DNA of 9,779 nucleotides from a virus (Duplodnaviria; Heunggongvirae; Uroviricota; Caudoviricetes): IMG/VR virus record IMGVR_UViG_2703718811_000003, positions 1 to 9,779 of that record; one strand, 5' to 3'. Shown piece by piece: positions 6,496 to 9,779 of this stretch (position 1 is its first letter; each line of letters starts with the position of its first letter). The notes under the pieces were generated by a model. It saw only the letters and a program-made list of their open reading frames with translations, ran no database searches and was not told where the DNA came from. The position numbers and the translations under genes were made by a program.

Positions 6496-8654
6496 GTGTT
6501 GTTGTTTCGGGGACGCTGAAATCTCCTGATGGTGAGGCGATATCAGGAGCAAATATTACCCTGACGGCGCTGACAGTTTCACCGGATGCGCTCAGCGGCA
6601 CCAGTGCGTCGGCAGTGACCCGTGAAGGTGGATATTACGGAATGACGATGGATCCGGGGGAGTATGCGGTTTCGGTGACGGTGAAAGGGAAGACTGCTGT
6701 CTACGGACGTGTGCGTATTGAGGGGACCGAAAGTACGGTGACGCTCAATATGCTGTTACGCCGCAGTCTTGTTGAGGTTAGCATACCCGGAGAACTGCTG
6801 ACAGATTTCCGGCAGATACAGAATAATGTGGCTGATGACCTTGCCAATATTCGTCGCCTGAATGAAGACACGGCGACAAAAAACACTCAGGCCACACAGT
6901 CAAAAGAAAGTGCAGCAGCCAGTGCGAAGAGTGCATCTGACAGTGCAAAGACGGCAACCAGCAGGGCGGCTGAAGCCGGACAAAAAGCGACTGATGCCAC
7001 TGAGGCTGCGACCCGTGCAGTCACAGCAGCGGGGAATGCAGAGGAAAGCTCGACCCGTGCCGGAGAGTCTGAAAAAGCCGCCGGAGCTGATGCAGAAAAA
7101 GCCAGACAGCATGCTGAAAAGGCCAGGCTGGCGCAGGAGAGCGCCGGAGAGATCCTTAAGCGGGCAGAGGCTGCCACTGTCAGTGCTGAAGAGGCCAGAC
7201 GTATGGCTGAGAATGCACGGGGGCCCCGGGGGCCTCAGGGAGAAACTGGTCCGAAGGGGGATGTCGGTCCTAAAGGCGAAACAGGTCCAGTGGGCCCTCA
7301 AGGGCCCGCAGGGCCGAAAGGTGAGCGTGGTGACGTTGGTGCTCAGGGGGCTGTAGGGCCCGCTGGTCCGCGTGGTGAGAAGGGCGAACAGGGGGAGCGA
7401 GGACCGCAGGGAATACCAGGCCTGAAGGGGGATACCGGAGAGCGGGGGCCTAAAGGGGACCAGGGGGATATGGGGCCAAAAGGCGAGAAAGGTGATCCGG
7501 GAGGTCCTGCAGGCCCGCAAGGTCCTAAAGGTGAACGAGGAGAAGCCGGACCACAGGGACCGATGGGAGCACGAGGTGAGCGTGGGGAGACTGGCCCCCG
7601 AGGTGAACCAGGTCCTGCAGGTCCGAGAGGCGAACGAGGAGAGACCGGACCTCAGGGACCTCGTGGAGAGCCAGGTCCGGCAGGCAGCGCTGCAAATGTG
7701 GCTGATGCGACGACGGCACAGAAGGGAATTGTGCAGTTAAGCAGCGCAACGGACAGTGATGATGAAGCGAAGGCAGCCACCCCGAAAGCGGTGAAAGCGG
7801 CAATGGATGTGGCAAATGAAGCGAAAACAAAGGCAGAAGAGGCTGCAGCAGGAGGTGGTGTTCCCGGTCCGAAAGGAGATAAAGGGGACTCGGGGCCAGC
7901 AGGTCCGGCTGGGCCGAGGGGCGTTCAGGGACCGAAAGGTGATCCCGGCCCCCAGGGACCAAAGGGGGATACTGGCGCTGCTGGGGCAAAGGGTGAGAAA
8001 GGAGCCACCGGCGCAACCGGGCCACAGGGACCTAAAGGGGATACGGGAGCCGCAGGCCCGGCAGGACCGCAGGGACCTAAAGGGGATACGGGAGCCGCAG
8101 GCCCGGCAGGACCGCAGGGACCTAAAGGGGATACGGGAGCTGCAGGCCCGGCAGGCGCACAGGGACCAAAAGGTGACAAAGGCGATCCGGGGGTGGCTGG
8201 ACCAGCAGGTCCGGCAGGTGCGCCGGGGCCGAAAGGCGATAAAGGTGATCCGGGAGTAGCAGGTCCAGCAGGTCCGGAAGGGCCGCAGGGACCGAAGGGA
8301 GACACTGGAGCCCCCGGGCAAGGAACAGAACTGCTTACTACTGCCAATACATGGACTCAGGCACAAACTTTTAATGGAGGTATTAATGGAAATTTGACGG
8401 TAAACGGAAACGGATCATTTAACGATGTTCAGATCCGCTCGGATAAACGCAACAAGCGAAATCTGGTAAAACTGGATAATGCGTTAGATCGTCTGGAGGC
8501 ACTTACTGGTTATCTTTACGAGATACAGTACTCTGCCGACGGTTGGCAAACGTCGGTTGGTTTAATTGCTCAGGATGCACAAAAAGCCTTGCCTGAACTG
8601 GTACCCGCAGTGGCGATATTTTTATCTCTTACGGCAAAAACAAAATGCGGGTGA
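6492..8654 (+). CDS. stf: side tail fiber protein (lambda Stf-like N-terminal domain, two collagen-like Gly-X-Y blocks, C-terminal S74-type intramolecular chaperone motif)
   Basis: GTG start with GGAGGTGGAG RBS. N-terminus ([23 protein letters not shown]…[11 protein letters not shown]) parallels lambda Stf (ISGVLKDGTGKPVQNCTIQL…GQYSVILQVDG). Conserved Stf motif [14 protein letters not shown]…[12 protein letters not shown] is present. Gly-X-Y runs at about 7221-7685 and 7860-8318. C-terminal SDKRNKRNL…[17 protein letters not shown]…[16 protein letters not shown] matches the Peptidase_S74 autocleaving chaperone signature. Confidence 0.9.
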   Translation: MSVVVSGTLKSPDGEAISGANITLTALTVSPDALSGTSASAVTREGGYYGMTMDPGEYAVSVTVKGKTAVYGRVRIEGTESTVTLNMLLRRSLVEVSIPGELLTDFRQIQNNVADDLANIRRLNEDTATKNTQATQSKESAAASAKSASDSAKTATSRAAEAGQKATDATEAATRAVTAAGNAEESSTRAGESEKAAGADAEKARQHAEKARLAQESAGEILKRAEAATVSAEEARRMAENARGPRGPQGETGPKGDVGPKGETGPVGPQGPAGPKGERGDVGAQGAVGPAGPRGEKGEQGERGPQGIPGLKGDTGERGPKGDQGDMGPKGEKGDPGGPAGPQGPKGERGEAGPQGPMGARGERGETGPRGEPGPAGPRGERGETGPQGPRGEPGPAGSAANVADATTAQKGIVQLSSATDSDDEAKAATPKAVKAAMDVANEAKTKAEEAAAGGGVPGPKGDKGDSGPAGPAGPRGVQGPKGDPGPQGPKGDTGAAGAKGEKGATGATGPQGPKGDTGAAGPAGPQGPKGDTGAAGPAGPQGPKGDTGAAGPAGAQGPKGDKGDPGVAGPAGPAGAPGPKGDKGDPGVAGPAGPEGPQGPKGDTGAPGQGTELLTTANTWTQAQTFNGGINGNLTVNGNGSFNDVQIRSDKRNKRNLVKLDNALDRLEALTGYLYEIQYSADGWQTSVGLIAQDAQKALPELVPAVAIFLSLTAKTKCG
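8025..8159 (+). repeat. three near-perfect tandem 45-bp repeats inside the second collagen-like block
   Basis: Unit cagggacctaaaggggatacgggagccgcaggcccggcaggaccg at 8025-8069, 8070-8114 and 8115-8159 (third copy has minor variants). Each encodes [16 protein letters not shown] further imperfect ~50-bp duplication lies at about 8166-8275. Confidence 0.9.
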
Positions 8655-9779
8655 GAGGTGGCTTTAAGTCAGCCAGTGATGCGCGTAAGTACATTGATTC
8701 ACATCGTGATGAGCTTGTTCGTCATGTGAAGGAGATGCGAGAGATTTCGCGTGAGGAGCAGCGTAACGCCACCAACCGCGACCGTACCGGACCAGAACGC
8801 CGCAAGGGGAATGTTTCACCGGAGCAGTTCAGTGATGCGTTTGGTTTCCGTGGTGTGCAGTTTGGTAACTACGTGGAAGGTCCGCGTCGTCAGGCTGATT
8901 TGAACCGGGCTTATGACTCGCTGCATGACCTTGCGGAAGTACTGAATGTACCGACAAAAGCGCTTTCCCTGAACGGTCGTCTTGGCCTGGCATTTGGTGC
9001 CCGTGGTAAGGGTAAGGCGGCAGCACACTATGAGCCGGGTGAGGTGGCAATCAACCTGACAAAAGGTAACGGACCGGGTGCGCTGGCGCACGAATGGTTC
9101 CATTCTCTGGATAATTATTTTGGTCGTTATGACGTTTCCAATGACGGGAAAATTACGTCAGGTGGCGACTTTATGACGGAAGCACAGCGTGTCAGGCGCA
9201 TATTTAAAGACGGCAGGTATGTTGATGCTGAATATCCGGTACGTCAGGAGGTTTACGACGCTTTTAAAGGTGTGATTCAGGCCATTAAAAACAGTGACAT
9301 GCCGCGTCGTTCAGCGCTTCTCGATGAGGTGCGCTCAAAACCGTACTGGTCAACGGATGTTGAAATGGCGGCACGTGCCTTTGAGCGTTATGTTCAGGAT
9401 AAGGCGCGTATGGCTGGCGTGGAGAATGATTATCTGGTCAATATCCGTAAGGCACCTGAGCACAACACAGATAACACCTACGCTTATCCGACGAATGCGG
9501 AACTGGATGGCGGTATTCGTGAGGCATTCGATCACCTGTTCCGCACCCTGAAAACCCGTGAGACGGACAAGGGCGTTGCGTTTTATTCCCGTAAGGGCGT
9601 TACCCGCACACCTGAAGGTAATCTCATTTCGGATGTTAACCGTAGTGCGGAAGCCAAAGGCAGCCCGGTCCCGCAGGTTGAAGCGGTTGCCCGTGGCGTG
9701 ATGAGCGGCATTAAGGACAGTGACCTGAAGGTCCGTGTGGTGAAGTCACAGAAAGAGGCTGAAGCGCTGGCGGGTGAAT
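8645..9779 (+). CDS. HExxH-motif protein, putative Zn-metallopeptidase-like domain; N-terminal 378 aa of a longer protein that runs off the window, possibly a polyvalent-type phage protein
   Basis: Frame is open from 8597 to the window end. ATG 8645 overlaps the fiber stop by 10 nt. HEWFH at 9089-9103 in the context [20 protein letters not shown]. No stop before the window end. The family assignment is from memory of MPTase-type domains in large polyvalent proteins and is not verified. Confidence 0.7.
   Translation, partial: MRVRGGFKSASDARKYIDSHRDELVRHVKEMREISREEQRNATNRDRTGPERRKGNVSPEQFSDAFGFRGVQFGNYVEGPRRQADLNRAYDSLHDLAEVLNVPTKALSLNGRLGLAFGARGKGKAAAHYEPGEVAINLTKGNGPGALAHEWFHSLDNYFGRYDVSNDGKITSGGDFMTEAQRVRRIFKDGRYVDAEYPVRQEVYDAFKGVIQAIKNSDMPRRSALLDEVRSKPYWSTDVEMAARAFERYVQDKARMAGVENDYLVNIRKAPEHNTDNTYAYPTNAELDGGIREAFDHLFRTLKTRETDKGVAFYSRKGVTRTPEGNLISDVNRSAEAKGSPVPQVEAVARGVMSGIKDSDLKVRVVKSQKEAEALAGE

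Noticed and set aside
5598-6552. ORFs 5598-5894 (+), 5779-6051 (-), 6024-6218 (-), 6097-6552 (-) and 6284-6529 (+)
   Set aside because: They overlap the coupled 5282-5845 and 5845-6495 genes in other frames or antisense; Cys/His/Arg-rich artefactual translations.
8025-8159. Possible CRISPR array suggested by regular direct repeats
   Set aside because: Repeats are contiguous 45-bp units with no unique spacers and are in-frame coding sequence for Gly-X-Y triplets.
6862-8366. Many long ORFs on the minus strand and in alternate + frames across the fiber gene (for example 6900-7520 -, 7525-8025 -, 7737-8366 -, 7925-8347 -, 6862-7356 +, 7807-8259 +)
   Set aside because: They lie entirely within the GC-rich collagen-repeat coding region of the fiber gene and translate to Pro/Arg/Ser-rich low-complexity strings. 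GC-rich repeats typically give such open frames.
8816-9551. ORFs 8816-9103 (-), 8829-9050 (-), 9294-9551 (+) and 9350-9535 (-)
   Set aside because: They fall inside the long open frame of the HExxH gene and have poor composition.
1-9779. tRNA, rRNA, insertion sequence or transposase genes
   Set aside because: No tRNA-like T-loop or acceptor pattern, no transposase-like ORF and no terminal inverted repeats were recognisable by eye; absence is not proven without dedicated software.

Overview
This window looks like the late region of a lambdoid (phage 21 / 933W-like) enterobacterial prophage, all on the + strand except bor. It opens with the 3' end of a large upstream gene and two small ORFs, then a complete lysis cassette: a dual-start S21-type pinholin, a SAR endolysin, an embedded antirepressor-like gene plus an unlisted 49-codon membrane ORF, Rz with nested Rz1, and a convergent bor gene nearly identical to lambda Bor. 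Where packaging and head genes would normally follow there is instead an AT-rich region, an HTH protein gene carrying four tandem 12-bp GATC repeats, and an ambiguous-frame stretch that looks like a decayed packaging module. After that comes a tightly coupled operon (overlapping stops and starts): three unknown proteins, a 720-aa lambda-Stf-like side tail fiber with two collagen-like blocks and a C-terminal S74-type chaperone motif, and a further ORF with an HExxH motif (HEWFH) that runs off the window. The most interesting candidate is this fiber-associated operon and its coupled putative metallopeptidase, which may be a virion-associated or injected effector; the Dam-site repeat and the lysis-cassette insert are secondary leads. 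All functional calls rest on reading the translations against remembered protein families; no database search was possible.
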